Of a stretch of 64,000 nucleotides of DNA, positions 27,960-38,282 are shown piece by piece. Position numbers and translations under genes: made by a program. Where the stretch lies: assembly GCA_033549025.1 (NCBI GenBank), contig JAWSUS010000016.1:1-64000 (forward strand). Reading direction: 5' to 3'. Under the pieces are notes generated by a model. It saw nothing but the letters and a program-made list of their open reading frames with translations. It was not told the DNA's origin and searched no databases. The stretch's first letter is position 1; each line of letters opens with the position of its first letter. Source of the stretch: Desulfuromonadales bacterium (lineage in GTDB: Bacteria; Desulfobacterota; Desulfuromonadia; Desulfuromonadales; SZUA-540).

Positions 27960-28955
27960 TTATCGTGAAACGGGTTTGCGGCCACGGACCACCGAGGTAT
28001 CGTCGCTAACCTGCTGCACACGGACATCCGTAAAACCGGCCTCACCCATCCAGACCGAAAGTTCTCCACCGGCATAGGTTCTTCCCACCCCGGTCATGAC
28101 CAGCATATGCACGGCAAAGAGCGCCGCCTGCAAAGGCCGAGTACGATTGTCTTCGATCAAAAACTCATGGAGGATCAGCTCGCCCCCCGGCATGAGAGCC
28201 TCAAAGGCCTTAGCCATGAGCATGCGGCAGCCAGCCTCATTCAGGGAATGCAACACCTGCGAAATCCAGACGACATCGAATCCCTGGCCGAAAGGGGTTT
28301 CGTAAAAGTCCCCTTCGAGCCAGCGCACGGAAGTCTCTATCCCCCGGCTCTTCAGGTTCCGGCGACCTACGGCGGCGGCCTTCGGCAGGTCGAAGACACA
28401 AACCTCCCGCAAGGAGGGATACTCTTTCAAAAAAGCCTCGGCATAGGTTCCCGGTCCGCCGCCCACATCCAGCAGAATCACAGGGTTGGCCAGTTCAAGC
28501 CGCGCCGCGACCAGGGGAGCGAGGTCACGGGTGACATTCTCCATCCCCAAAATAAAATCCCGCGTCTGCTCCTCATCCCGCGCCGGTGACCAGGACTCTT
28601 CAGCGGGCTCCAGCCCTTGCAGCCGTCCGGAAAGATCCCCCCAGGCCGACCAGCAGTGGCTGATGTGCCGAAAGATATGGCCGCGGTAGCCCTGGCCGGC
28701 AACGAGGTTTTCTGCCACGACGGGCCGATTGACATAAGCCTCGCCCGCTTTGTCCAGCAAGCCCATGGCGACCAGGGCATTGAGCACCAGGGTCAAGGGA
28801 CCGGCCTGCAGGTTCAGGCGCGTGGCCAGCTGATGCACCGTGGTGTTTTCCGACAGGTGCGAGAAAAGATCCAGCTCCACTGCACTCAGCAGGATCCTCG
28901 CCGGCTCAAAACCATGGGAAAGCCTCATCAAATCTTTGAATGTTTCCGGATTCAC
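27960..28955 (-). CDS. O-methyltransferase family 2
   Basis: N-terminal wHTH dimerisation domain (AVELDLF), LLDVGGGPG, FDLP, GDF and LH. Confidence 0.88.
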   Translation of the reverse strand: MNPETFKDLMRLSHGFEPARILLSAVELDLFSHLSENTTVHQLATRLNLQAGPLTLVLNALVAMGLLDKAGEAYVNRPVVAENLVAGQGYRGHIFRHISHCWSAWGDLSGRLQGLEPAEESWSPARDEEQTRDFILGMENVTRDLAPLVAARLELANPVILLDVGGGPGTYAEAFLKEYPSLREVCVFDLPKAAAVGRRNLKSRGIETSVRWLEGDFYETPFGQGFDVVWISQVLHSLNEAGCRMLMAKAFEALMPGGELILHEFLIEDNRTRPLQAALFAVHMLVMTGVGRTYAGGELSVWMGEAGFTDVRVQQVSDDTSVVRGRKPVSR

Positions 28956-28968
28956 AACAACCTCCAGG

Positions 28969-30258
28969 TTAAAGGCGTCCAAAAACTTCACGCAGCATCT
29001 TTTTTCTTTGGCAGGCCACCGTGCGCCGGCCTCTTTGTGACAGAAATTCCCGGGGCGCGGCGGCTGTCCAGAACAGCATCAGTGTCTCCCGGTAGAGTTC
29101 GGCCAGCGGCCGACCTGTCGTCGCCTGCAGGAAAGCCTGCCCGCGGCCGGCAGGATTGAGGCTGACCTGGTCGGCAGCGAGCTCGTCGCCGCTCTCCTCG
29201 AAGAGGTGTACGGAAAAACACAGTTCATCCTCGTGCAGGGCCTCCTCGTCGATTCTCCACACCATGCCCCCCTGGTCAGGGAGAGGCTCCAGCAGGCTGT
29301 CAGCCACCAGCATCTGCAGGCAGCCACCATGAATGAAGCCCTGCCGGCGACTGCGCAGATCCTGAAAAAACCCACCTTCGGAGCCATCGGCCGATTCGCC
29401 GCAGAGGGGGCACTGGCGACTCTGCCTATGGGACAGGCGGCTCGGCATGACCGCCTGCGCCGGGTCATGAAGGGATTGAGGTGAAGAGGGAACGAAGGCT
29501 TGCCGGCACTGCAGGACAAAATCCGCCAGTTGCCGAAACTGGGCATGCACCGCCGTGTGGCGGGCGTGGGTAAGGACGGGATAGACCCGGCTGCTCAGAT
29601 TGGTGGTCAGGCTTTCCACCTTGGGGCTTTTGGAAATGAAGGTGTCGAGCACCTGGTAGCCCCTCTCCCGGGCCGACTCCACCAGAAACTCGCGCACCCC
29701 GATGTGCTCGCGCAGGCGCAGGCGGCTGTCGATGAGGCTGGGCAGCAGCCAGAATTTATCCGTCGCGCCCCCGGCTCCCCGTACCTCCAGCAGCAGGGAG
29801 GCGGCGTTGACGAGGGAAGGCCGATCCTTGACCGGCACCAGCACGAGGTCGGCGGCCAGCAACGCACTGCGCGTGAAGTAGTCGAGAATCGGGCGGGTAT
29901 CAAGGATGAAAATCCCGTCAAGGTCAGCCTGATGCAGCACGCGTTTCAGGTGATGGGGATCGTCATCGGGGGGGAGCAGACTCCGCTCAGAGGCCAGATA
30001 CTGCACCCCGTATTCGCCCAGATCGACCAAATCGCGGGCGGGGCGACCGCCAAACAGATCGGCAACGGAAGCGGCGGCAGCGCGGCGGATGGCAAACATG
30101 GCATCGACGCTGAAATGGTTGTCGAAGGAGGCGATGGTCACCGGCAGGTCCTCGTGCAGCGCCTTGAGGTAGACAGCGAGGTTGGTGGCGATGGTCGTCT
30201 TGCCCACCCCCCCTTTTTCACTGGCTACCACGACAACAAAAGGAACGCGTCCTGCCAT
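28969..30258 (-). CDS. ParA-family ATPase with C-terminal Cys/His extension
   Basis: Deviant Walker A SEKGGVGKTT, ILDT and ADLVLVPV; C-terminal CPLC...H..C domain. Confidence 0.85.
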   Translation of the reverse strand: MAGRVPFVVVVASEKGGVGKTTIATNLAVYLKALHEDLPVTIASFDNHFSVDAMFAIRRAAAASVADLFGGRPARDLVDLGEYGVQYLASERSLLPPDDDPHHLKRVLHQADLDGIFILDTRPILDYFTRSALLAADLVLVPVKDRPSLVNAASLLLEVRGAGGATDKFWLLPSLIDSRLRLREHIGVREFLVESARERGYQVLDTFISKSPKVESLTTNLSSRVYPVLTHARHTAVHAQFRQLADFVLQCRQAFVPSSPQSLHDPAQAVMPSRLSHRQSRQCPLCGESADGSEGGFFQDLRSRRQGFIHGGCLQMLVADSLLEPLPDQGGMVWRIDEEALHEDELCFSVHLFEESGDELAADQVSLNPAGRGQAFLQATTGRPLAELYRETLMLFWTAAAPREFLSQRGRRTVACQRKKMLREVFGRL

Positions 30259-30269
30259 GTTCACTCCCC

Positions 30270-32195
30270 TCAGGCCGATACAGGCTCCTGCAATCCTTCC
30301 CAACGTTCGTAGGCGGCGGCGATCTCTTCCTGCAGACGTTCGTGACGGGAGGAGATTTCCCGCCAGCGATCCCCGTCCTGGTAGAGATCCGGATCGGCCA
30401 TGACCTGTTCCAGGTCGCCCAGCTCTTTCTCCAGCGTCTCGATGCGCCCTTCGACCTCGCTCAGTTCTTTCTGGCGTTTTTTCTCCAGGCGTTGCGCATC
30501 CTTGCGCTGTTCATGCTGGCGCCGGCGTTCGTCCTTGTCCATTGGCGCTTCCGCCGCAGCCCCTCCAAGCACCTCGACCCGCTGCTGTGAATGGCTTTGA
30601 TCCCCCTGCGCCCCCTTGGCGCGCAGGAAATCCTCATAGTTTCCCAGGTAGGAGACGGCCTTGCCGTCGGCGACCTCGATCACCCGGCTGGCCAGCGAAT
30701 CGACAAAGTAGCGATCATGGGAGACAAAGACCACCGTCCCCTTGTAGCCCTTGAGCGAGTCGAGAAGGACCTGCTTGGACTGCAGGTCAAGATGGTTGGT
30801 CGGCTCGTCGAGCAGCAGCAGGTTGGCAGGTCGCAGCAGGAGAATAGCCAGGGCCAGACGGTTGCGTTCACCGCCGGAGAGGACAGAAACGCGCTTGTGG
30901 ACATCGTCGCCGGTAAAGAGAAAGGAGCCGAGGATGTCCCGCACCCTGGGCACCATATCGAAAGGAGCGGCGGCGGTAATCTCTCCCAGGACCGTCTTCT
31001 GCGGATCGAGAACACGGGCCTGATCCTGGGCGAAATAAGCCAGCGCCAGATTGTGTCCTTCCTGGCGGGCGCCTTCCTTGGGCGCTTCCACCCCGGCCAG
31101 CAGCCGCATCAGGGTGGATTTACCGGCGCCGTTGGCCCCGACGAGAGCCAGTCGCTCGCCTTTCTCTACGGCCAGATCGACGTGATCGAGCACGGTCAGA
31201 TCGCCGTAGCGCTGGCTGGCACCGATCAGTTCAACGGCCAGTCGCCCGCCCTTGGGGGGATCGGGAAACTGAAAAGCGATGCGCTTGCGAGCGGGCGGCA
31301 CCTGGATGCGTTCGATCTTTTCCAGCTGTTTGACGCGGCTCTGCACCAGGGAAGCCTTGTTGGCCTGGTAGCGGAAGCGGCTGATAAATGCCTCGATCTT
31401 GCCCACTTCCTCATCCTGGCGGCGTTTGGCTTCCAGCAGCGCTTCGACGCGGCGTTCCCGTTCCTCGACATAGCGGCTGTAATTGCCGGGGTATTCGGTC
31501 AGCCGGCCATTCCAGACCTCGACGATGCGCCCCACCACCTGATCGAGGAAAAAGCGGTCATGGGAGACAAGGACCACCGCAAAGGGATAGTTGCACAGAT
31601 ACTCCTCCAGCCAGTCCCGGGCGGGCAGATCGAGGTGATTGGTCGGTTCGTCCAGCAGCAGCAGGTTGGGACGCTGCAGCAGCAGTTTGGCCAGGGCGAT
31701 GCGCATCTGCCAGCCGCCCGAAAAGACTTCGCAGGGTTTCTGCCAGTCTTTTTCGGCAAAACCGAGACCGTGTAGAATCTTGGCGACTTCCGTCTCCATC
31801 GTGTAGCCGCCACGCTGCCGAAAGGACTCCTGCAGCGACGCATAACGGTCGAGATCGGCTGTCGTGCCGGTGGCCGCGATGGCTTTTTCCAAGCGGCCCA
31901 TCTCCTGCTCCATCTGCAGCAGTTCATCGAGGGCGCTATGTACCTCCTCGAACAGGGAACGGCCGCGATGTTCGAGGCCATCCTGGGGAAGGTAGCCGAA
32001 GGTGGTGCCCTTGGCGGCCTGCATCTCGCCGCCGTCTGGGGTTACACGTCCGGCCAGAATCTTCAGAAGCGTGGTCTTGCCGGCGCCATTCTCCCCGCAG
32101 AGACCGATGCGATCCCCGGGGCGGATATGCCAGTTGATATCGGCGAAAATCCGGTGGCCGCCGAATTCTTTGGTGAGATTTTTTAATTGCAGCAT
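30270..32195 (-). CDS. ABC-F family ATPase
   Basis: Two NBDs (GENGAGKTT, FSGGW, LDEPTNHLD; GANGAGKST, LSGGE), linker and C-terminal coiled coil; no TM segments. Confidence 0.93.
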   Translation of the reverse strand: MLQLKNLTKEFGGHRIFADINWHIRPGDRIGLCGENGAGKTTLLKILAGRVTPDGGEMQAAKGTTFGYLPQDGLEHRGRSLFEEVHSALDELLQMEQEMGRLEKAIAATGTTADLDRYASLQESFRQRGGYTMETEVAKILHGLGFAEKDWQKPCEVFSGGWQMRIALAKLLLQRPNLLLLDEPTNHLDLPARDWLEEYLCNYPFAVVLVSHDRFFLDQVVGRIVEVWNGRLTEYPGNYSRYVEERERRVEALLEAKRRQDEEVGKIEAFISRFRYQANKASLVQSRVKQLEKIERIQVPPARKRIAFQFPDPPKGGRLAVELIGASQRYGDLTVLDHVDLAVEKGERLALVGANGAGKSTLMRLLAGVEAPKEGARQEGHNLALAYFAQDQARVLDPQKTVLGEITAAAPFDMVPRVRDILGSFLFTGDDVHKRVSVLSGGERNRLALAILLLRPANLLLLDEPTNHLDLQSKQVLLDSLKGYKGTVVFVSHDRYFVDSLASRVIEVADGKAVSYLGNYEDFLRAKGAQGDQSHSQQRVEVLGGAAAEAPMDKDERRRQHEQRKDAQRLEKKRQKELSEVEGRIETLEKELGDLEQVMADPDLYQDGDRWREISSRHERLQEEIAAAYERWEGLQEPVSA

Positions 32196-32483
32196 GGTCC
32201 TTCTTATAGCACAGGCTTCTTTCTCATGAAACATGGAAAAAACACGGCCGATGCCATGAGGTTCCGCTATCAAAACCCGTTGCCTTCTGGTATAGTTACG
32301 AGGTTTAGCTTGGTGATAACGGCTTTATCCATCTCGGCCCACGGGCCGTTTGAATAGATCGAGACACAACCCCACCGGAAATCCGCGGAAGCAACTCCGA
32401 GCCTGCCCGGCTTCGCTGAGACTCCGCCGGAAACCGGCATCCCCCATTGAAGCGCCCGGCCGGGCGCTGGAAGGAATTGACCG

Positions 32484-35030
32484 ATGAGCAAAAAGATGCT
32501 GATCAATGCCACCCACCCCGAAGAAAACCGGGTGGCCATTGTGACCGACGGCATCCTCAACGAACTCGACATTGAGGTCGTTGGCAAGGAGCAGACCAAA
32601 GGCAATATTTACAAAGGCACCGTTGTCCGGGTCGAACCGGGCCTGCAAGCCGCCTTCGTCGATTACGGCGCCGAGCGCCTGGGTTTTCTGCAGATGGGCG
32701 AAATCCACCCATCCTGCTACAAGGCTGCTCCCGGGGCGCCCGAGCAGAAAGGGCGGCCCCGCATCAATGACATTCTGCAGCGGGGCCAGGAACTGCTGCT
32801 GCAGATCGTCAAGGAGGAACGCGGCACCAAAGGTGCGGCCCTGACCACCTTTTTGTCCCTCCCCGGCCGCTACATGGTGTTGATGCCGGAGAGCGACACC
32901 AAGGGGATCTCCCGCAAGATTGAAAGCGAAGGGGAGCGCAAAAAACTTAAGGAGACGATGTCCACCCTCGATTTGCCCGAGGACATCGGCTATATCGTGC
33001 GGACCGCCGGTATCGGCCAGAGCCGTGAAGAACTCGGCCGGGACCTCGATTACCTGATCCGCCTGTACCGCAACATCGTCAAGCTCAGCGAGAAAGTACG
33101 CGCCCCCGCCCTGATTTACCGTGAATCCAACCTGGTTATCCGCTCCATTCGGGACTACTTCAGCAAGGATATGGACGAAGTCCTCATCGACGATGCCAAG
33201 GTTTTTCAGGAAGCCAAGGATTTTTTCCAGCAGGTCATGCCCGAACACGCGCATCTGGTCAAACTGCACCAGGAGCGCCGCCCCATCTTCGCCCGCTACC
33301 AGATCGAGGAGCAGATCGAAACCATCAGCAAAAACAAGGTGGCGCTGCCCTCGGGCGGCTCCATCGTCATCGACACGACGGAGGCCCTGGTGGCCATCGA
33401 CGTGAATTCAGGAAAAATGGCCGGGGAGCAGGGCGTCGAGTCCACCGCCTACAAGACCAATCTCGAAGCGGCCACGGAGATCGGCCGCCAGCTGCGCCTG
33501 CGCGACCTGGGCGGGTTGATCGTCGTCGACTTCATCGACATGCGCGACCGTCAGCATATTCGCGAGGTGGAAAAAAATCTCAAGGACGCCCTGAAAGACG
33601 ACAAGGCCCGCGTCACCGTCGGCCGCATCAGTTCACAGTTCGGCCTGCTGGAAATGAGCCGCCAGCGCATCAAGGCAGCCCTGGCCGAGGGAACCTACAA
33701 TACCTGCCCCCATTGCCATGGTACGGGGCGGATCAAGAGTGTCGAGACGCAGGCTATCGCTTTTCTGCGCAAGGTATACGGCGGTATCGCCCGCGGCCAG
33801 ATCGACCGCATCGAAGGCGAGGTGCCCCTGGAAGTAGCCACCTATCTGCTGAACAGCAAGCGGGAGGAACTCCTTGAACTCGAACGGTCACGCAATGTCT
33901 CCATCACCATTAAAGGCAAGCCCGACCTCATCGCCGGCCAGATGGAGCTGACATTCCAGAAGAGGGAAAAAGACAGCCGAGAGGATGTCGCCCCCGTCGA
34001 ATTCAGTGCCTCCCATCCCCAGACCCTCGCCGGCGAAACGGCCAGCGAGGAGGAAAGCGTGCTGGCCCGGACGGAAAAGCCGGCGGAACCGGAAAAAGAG
34101 GGCAAAAAACGGCGGCGGCGCCGGAAGAAAAAACCGGCAGAAGGCGCCGAGGCAAATATCGAAACGACGGAGGAGGCTTCCCAGGCTGCGGCCGAAGAGG
34201 AGGAGTCGACTCCCGAAGAAGCCGCCAGCCCGGCCACGGAAGCCGAGCCGGCCGCAGCGGAAGCCACCCCGCCCAAAAAACGTCCCCGCCGCAGACGCAA
34301 ACCCTCTACGGGCAAATCGCCCGCACAGGAAACGGAAGCCGCCACGGCCGAACAGCAGACAGCGACGACGCCCGAGACCCCAGGGGAAATCCCCGCCGAG
34401 CCGACACCGGAGCCCTCTTCAACTGGGGCCGATGCGATCCAGGCCGGCGAGGGCGTGACCGGAAAAGGCGACGAGACCACCCAGAAAAAGCGCCGACGGC
34501 GGCCGAGCAAAACGACGACGCCGACTGGGGAGGAGCAGAAGGAAAAGGCCGGAAAGGCTGAGGTCGATCGGACAGAACCATCTCAGGAATCTCCAGAGCC
34601 CAGCAAGAAGACGTCCCCGGAGCCGGCCGAGAGCAGCAAATCGGACGAAAAGGCCTCGACGCCACAAGGGAAACCCGCACCCAAACCGGCACGGGCCAGG
34701 CGGAGCCGAAGCACGGCCAAAAAGCTGGTAGAAACGCCTGAGGAAAAGATGCCGGGCACCGACAAGACGGAATCGCAGGCGGACCCAACCAGCCCAGCCA
34801 AGGCCCCTGAGGAGAAAAAACCGGCGGCCAGAAGCCGGCGACGCACCACCACCAAAAAGAGCGACACAGTGAAAACGACAGATCTGGCCGACCCGCCGGA
34901 GGTCGCCCAGGCGACTCCGGTGCAAAAACCTGCCGCCGACGAAGCGGCATCGGACAAACCTGCCGCCAAGCGGCCGGCCCGCCTGAAGAAACCAGCCACT
35001 GCGAAAAAGGAAGAGAGCAGTCCAGAATAA
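32484..35030 (+). CDS. rne: Ribonuclease E (Rne/Rng family)
   Basis: GNIYKG S1 domain, AIDVNSG, RQLRLRDLGGLIVVDFIDM and CPHC Zn link; disordered Arg/Lys- and Glu-rich C-terminal half. Confidence 0.93.
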   Translation: MSKKMLINATHPEENRVAIVTDGILNELDIEVVGKEQTKGNIYKGTVVRVEPGLQAAFVDYGAERLGFLQMGEIHPSCYKAAPGAPEQKGRPRINDILQRGQELLLQIVKEERGTKGAALTTFLSLPGRYMVLMPESDTKGISRKIESEGERKKLKETMSTLDLPEDIGYIVRTAGIGQSREELGRDLDYLIRLYRNIVKLSEKVRAPALIYRESNLVIRSIRDYFSKDMDEVLIDDAKVFQEAKDFFQQVMPEHAHLVKLHQERRPIFARYQIEEQIETISKNKVALPSGGSIVIDTTEALVAIDVNSGKMAGEQGVESTAYKTNLEAATEIGRQLRLRDLGGLIVVDFIDMRDRQHIREVEKNLKDALKDDKARVTVGRISSQFGLLEMSRQRIKAALAEGTYNTCPHCHGTGRIKSVETQAIAFLRKVYGGIARGQIDRIEGEVPLEVATYLLNSKREELLELERSRNVSITIKGKPDLIAGQMELTFQKREKDSREDVAPVEFSASHPQTLAGETASEEESVLARTEKPAEPEKEGKKRRRRRKKKPAEGAEANIETTEEASQAAAEEEESTPEEAASPATEAEPAAAEATPPKKRPRRRRKPSTGKSPAQETEAATAEQQTATTPETPGEIPAEPTPEPSSTGADAIQAGEGVTGKGDETTQKKRRRRPSKTTTPTGEEQKEKAGKAEVDRTEPSQESPEPSKKTSPEPAESSKSDEKASTPQGKPAPKPARARRSRSTAKKLVETPEEKMPGTDKTESQADPTSPAKAPEEKKPAARSRRRTTTKKSDTVKTTDLADPPEVAQATPVQKPAADEAASDKPAAKRPARLKKPATAKKEESSPE

Positions 35031-35061
35031 AGAAAGGCCGGGCAGATCGCCCGGCCTTTCT
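35031..35061. terminator. Bidirectional terminator hairpin
   Basis: AGAAAGGCCGGGC-agatc-GCCCGGCCTTTCT between convergent genes. Confidence 0.8.
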
Positions 35062-35064
35062 CGT

Positions 35065-35739
35065 TTAATCACGGGAGCGCAGAAAAACCACCAGCGCGCC
35101 CTCACCTCCGTACTGCCTGGGAGCCCGCCCCCACTCGCTGACCCAGGCGCGCCCTTCCTGCTCCAGGTAGCGCTCCATGTCGTCGCGCAGGATCGGCTCC
35201 TTGCCTGAGCTCTTTCCCCGCCCGGTAATTACCAGCACCACTTTGCGCCGGTGATACAGGGAATCTTCCAGAAAGAAGCGCACCCTGGTCCGCGCCTCCT
35301 CCCGCGTGAGTCCATGCAGATCAAGATTCGCTTCGGGACGCAGCTTCCCCTTACGCAGCAGCTTCATGCGCCGGGGAGTGGCTTCTGGCGTTTCCTCCTC
35401 CGGGTATTCATCCGCAAAGGTCACTTCCATTTTACCGAGCGCCTGCAGAAACAGATCCTGTTCCGTAAGAGGCTCTTCCCGCTGCTCGGCGGAGGGGGGC
35501 GTTTCGCCCTGAAGGTCCTCATCCTCGTCCCTGTCCATAGCGGATGCATCGAGCCCAAGGCGGGCCATTTCCAAGGCAAAGAGAGCTTCTGTATCCGCGC
35601 TCTCTTCCGCCACAACCGGTTCGGTTGCCGCCTCGGGAGATTTTTTCGAAGGTTCGGTGGCTTCAGAAAACTGTACCCCCTTCAAGGCCTTGAAGGGGGT
35701 ACAGGTCAAGCCGTTTTCGGATTTTTTGTTGCGGCTCAA
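35065..35739 (-). CDS. Smr/MutS2 domain protein
   Basis: LDLHGLT, VITGRG and GGEGALVV. Confidence 0.88.
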   Translation of the reverse strand: MSRNKKSENGLTCTPFKALKGVQFSEATEPSKKSPEAATEPVVAEESADTEALFALEMARLGLDASAMDRDEDEDLQGETPPSAEQREEPLTEQDLFLQALGKMEVTFADEYPEEETPEATPRRMKLLRKGKLRPEANLDLHGLTREEARTRVRFFLEDSLYHRRKVVLVITGRGKSSGKEPILRDDMERYLEQEGRAWVSEWGRAPRQYGGEGALVVFLRSRD

Positions 35740-35741
35740 AA

Positions 35742-36467
35742 CTAGCGCCTCACGATTTTGCGACGTCCCTGGATAGCCTTGGTCTGTTGCTTGATGAGGG
35801 CGCCGGGCTTTTCGAGGTGAAACTGATACCAGATGTCGCCGTAATCCATCATCCGCATCCGCCGTCCTTCTTTCAGGGCCTCCAGATTGGCCTGCAGGGT
35901 TTCATGGCCGCCAACTTTCTTGAGTCCCTTTTCCATGATGGAAACCGCCTTCTCCCGCTCTCCGACCTTTTCCAGGCAAAAGGCATAGAGATTCCAGAGA
36001 AAGGGTTCCTTCTTGGTGCCGCCAACCGCCTTCTCGAAGGTCTCGATCATCTTGGAGGTTTTTTGCTTCTTCATGTAGCAGACGGCCAGCATCCCCATGG
36101 CAACCCAGTGACGCACGAAGCCCTTCTGCAGATAATCGAAGGCTTTGGCGAAGTCCTGCTTGATGTACAGAATCATGCCGATCTGGGCATTGACCTGGGA
36201 TTTGATATAAAACTGCCACTTAGCGTACTTGAAGCCGGACTCAAGGGTTTTAATGGCTTTTTCCGAGCGTCCCGCCTGAATATCGCGCTGGGCAATATTC
36301 ATCAACTCCCCGATCTTTTTCATGATACCACGGGTGATGAGGAAAAAGGGGATGGCAAAGGCGATGACGCCGGCGATCACGGCAATCCAGTAGTCGACCT
36401 CGGCAAACAGAGTAAGGGCGACGGCCGCGGTCGTACCGATGAGCATGGAGATAAGAAGATTGTACAT
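35742..36467 (-). CDS. Membrane-anchored TPR-like protein
   Basis: Two N-terminal TM helices followed by TPR-like helical repeats. Confidence 0.7.
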   Translation of the reverse strand: MYNLLISMLIGTTAAVALTLFAEVDYWIAVIAGVIAFAIPFFLITRGIMKKIGELMNIAQRDIQAGRSEKAIKTLESGFKYAKWQFYIKSQVNAQIGMILYIKQDFAKAFDYLQKGFVRHWVAMGMLAVCYMKKQKTSKMIETFEKAVGGTKKEPFLWNLYAFCLEKVGEREKAVSIMEKGLKKVGGHETLQANLEALKEGRRMRMMDYGDIWYQFHLEKPGALIKQQTKAIQGRRKIVRR

Positions 36468-36560
36468 AAAACGGGCAATCCTTTCCGGAGGAAATGAAAA
36501 TGGGGAAGTTTAGCAACGGGTCAGATAAAAGTCAAAAAATATCCGGCGTCAGAAAGATCT

Positions 36561-38231
36561 TCAGCCCCGAAAATCTTCCCGGACCATCAGGGTCAGGCTC
36601 TCCCCGGGTCGCAGAACATGTTCTTTGGACAGATTGTTCCAGTCCATGATCTGATGCGCCCCCACATCAAATTGTCTGCCGATACCCCAGAGGGTATCGC
36701 CGGACTTGACGCGATAGACTATCTTGCGCACCGGGCCGGTCTTTTTGGCGGCTGTCTTGACGGGTTTGGCCGACGTGGCGCTGACGATAAGGGTCTGGCC
36801 GGGGCGGATGACATTGCTCCAGCCCAGGCGATTCCACACCCGCAACTCTTTTTCCCTCACCCCGAACCGCCGGGCCACGCTCCAGAGGCTGTCGCCTTTG
36901 CGAACAGTGTAGGTCGCTCTTTTGCTGCGCACATAATCGTCGGAAAGTTCATTGATGGGCCGGTGGGTAAATCCTTTTTTTAGCGGCAGGATGAGATCCA
37001 TCCCCACCCTGAGGGCACGGGGATTCTTGATATTGTTCAGGGCGATGATGTCATCCACGCGAATGCCGTGTGTTTTGGCCAGAGCGAGCAGCGTATCGCC
37101 CTGCCGGATGCGGTGGCGTGCATATTTGGCCCGCTCGCTGGCAGGAATGGCGGCGTACTTTTCGGTAAAGGCCCCCAGGGTACCCACCGGGATCCGCAGG
37201 GCGTAATCCTGCTCGCCAGGAGGGGTAGACCAGCGCTTCAACTCGGGGTTCAGAGCTTTAATCTCATCATAGGGGACGCCGCAAAGATCAGCGACAATCT
37301 CCAGATCCGTGGCACTGGGAATGCGAACCACCTCGAAATCGAGGGGTTGCTCGTACTCCAGATCGGTGAAGCCGTACTTTTCCGGTTCCTTGGCAATCAG
37401 GGTCACCGCCAGCAGCTTGGGTACATAATTCTTGGTTTCGTTCTGCAGATAGGAACCGTGGCTGAGCTCCCAGAAATCCCGGGTTTTGTACTTGCGAATG
37501 GCCTGGCGCAACTTGCCGCCACCGGCATTGTAGGAAGCGATGGCGAGATACCATTCACCGTCGAACTGGCGATGCAGATCCCTGAGAAAACGCGCCGCCG
37601 CCCGGGTCGATTTTTCAAAATCGCGGCGTTCATCGCGCCACCAGTCATTCCGCAGACCAAAAATTTTGCCGGTGCTCTCGATAAACTGCCAGGGGCCGGC
37701 CGCATGAGCCCAACTGTAGGCGCGATTGTTGAAGCCCGATTCGATCATGGCCAGGTAGGTCAGGTCCTGCGGCAGCCCTTCTTCGGCAAAAATCTGCCGC
37801 ATCATAGGAAGATAGCGGCCCGAACGCTCAAGCCAGCGCCGGAATGCGGTCGGACTGCGCCGGGCGTAATAGTCGATGAAATACTGGACCTTTTCGTTTT
37901 CCACTACCGGAAAATCAAAAGTGACCTCAGCGGGAACGACATTGACCCCTTCATCGTCGGGAGGGGTCTGCTCATCGGAAAGGAGCAGCAGTTCATCGTC
38001 ATCGGACAAGGCGAGAGGATCGAGAGAGGAGAGGTCCACATCGGCATCGAGGAGGGAATAATAGGCTAAAGCCTGATCGGAGTGGACCAGCAGGGACAGG
38101 TGTTCGCTGAGTCGGTTTTCGCTGGCAGCACTTTCTTCAGGGGCTGAAGAGCCGGAACCCGACATTCCCATGAATGTCGGTGTGCATGCTGCGAGCAAGA
38201 GAAACAGGGCGATAGCCCCCGGTATTTTCAT
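36561..38231 (-). CDS. mltD: Membrane-bound lytic transglycosylase with LysM repeats (MltD-like)
   Basis: Lipobox LAAC, IESG, AAGPWQF, ASYNAG, ETKNYVPK and three LysM domains. Confidence 0.88.
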   Translation of the reverse strand: MKIPGAIALFLLLAACTPTFMGMSGSGSSAPEESAASENRLSEHLSLLVHSDQALAYYSLLDADVDLSSLDPLALSDDDELLLLSDEQTPPDDEGVNVVPAEVTFDFPVVENEKVQYFIDYYARRSPTAFRRWLERSGRYLPMMRQIFAEEGLPQDLTYLAMIESGFNNRAYSWAHAAGPWQFIESTGKIFGLRNDWWRDERRDFEKSTRAAARFLRDLHRQFDGEWYLAIASYNAGGGKLRQAIRKYKTRDFWELSHGSYLQNETKNYVPKLLAVTLIAKEPEKYGFTDLEYEQPLDFEVVRIPSATDLEIVADLCGVPYDEIKALNPELKRWSTPPGEQDYALRIPVGTLGAFTEKYAAIPASERAKYARHRIRQGDTLLALAKTHGIRVDDIIALNNIKNPRALRVGMDLILPLKKGFTHRPINELSDDYVRSKRATYTVRKGDSLWSVARRFGVREKELRVWNRLGWSNVIRPGQTLIVSATSAKPVKTAAKKTGPVRKIVYRVKSGDTLWGIGRQFDVGAHQIMDWNNLSKEHVLRPGESLTLMVREDFRG

Positions 38232-38282
38232 AACAACCTCCCGTTTTCCGAAGGCCAAAACTACATGGAAACCCTTTGTGTG

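Noticed and set aside
34000..35030. Low-complexity repeats in the rne 3' half as a repeat array
   Set aside because: This is the normal disordered RNase E scaffold with Arg-rich patches; there are no exact DNA repeats.
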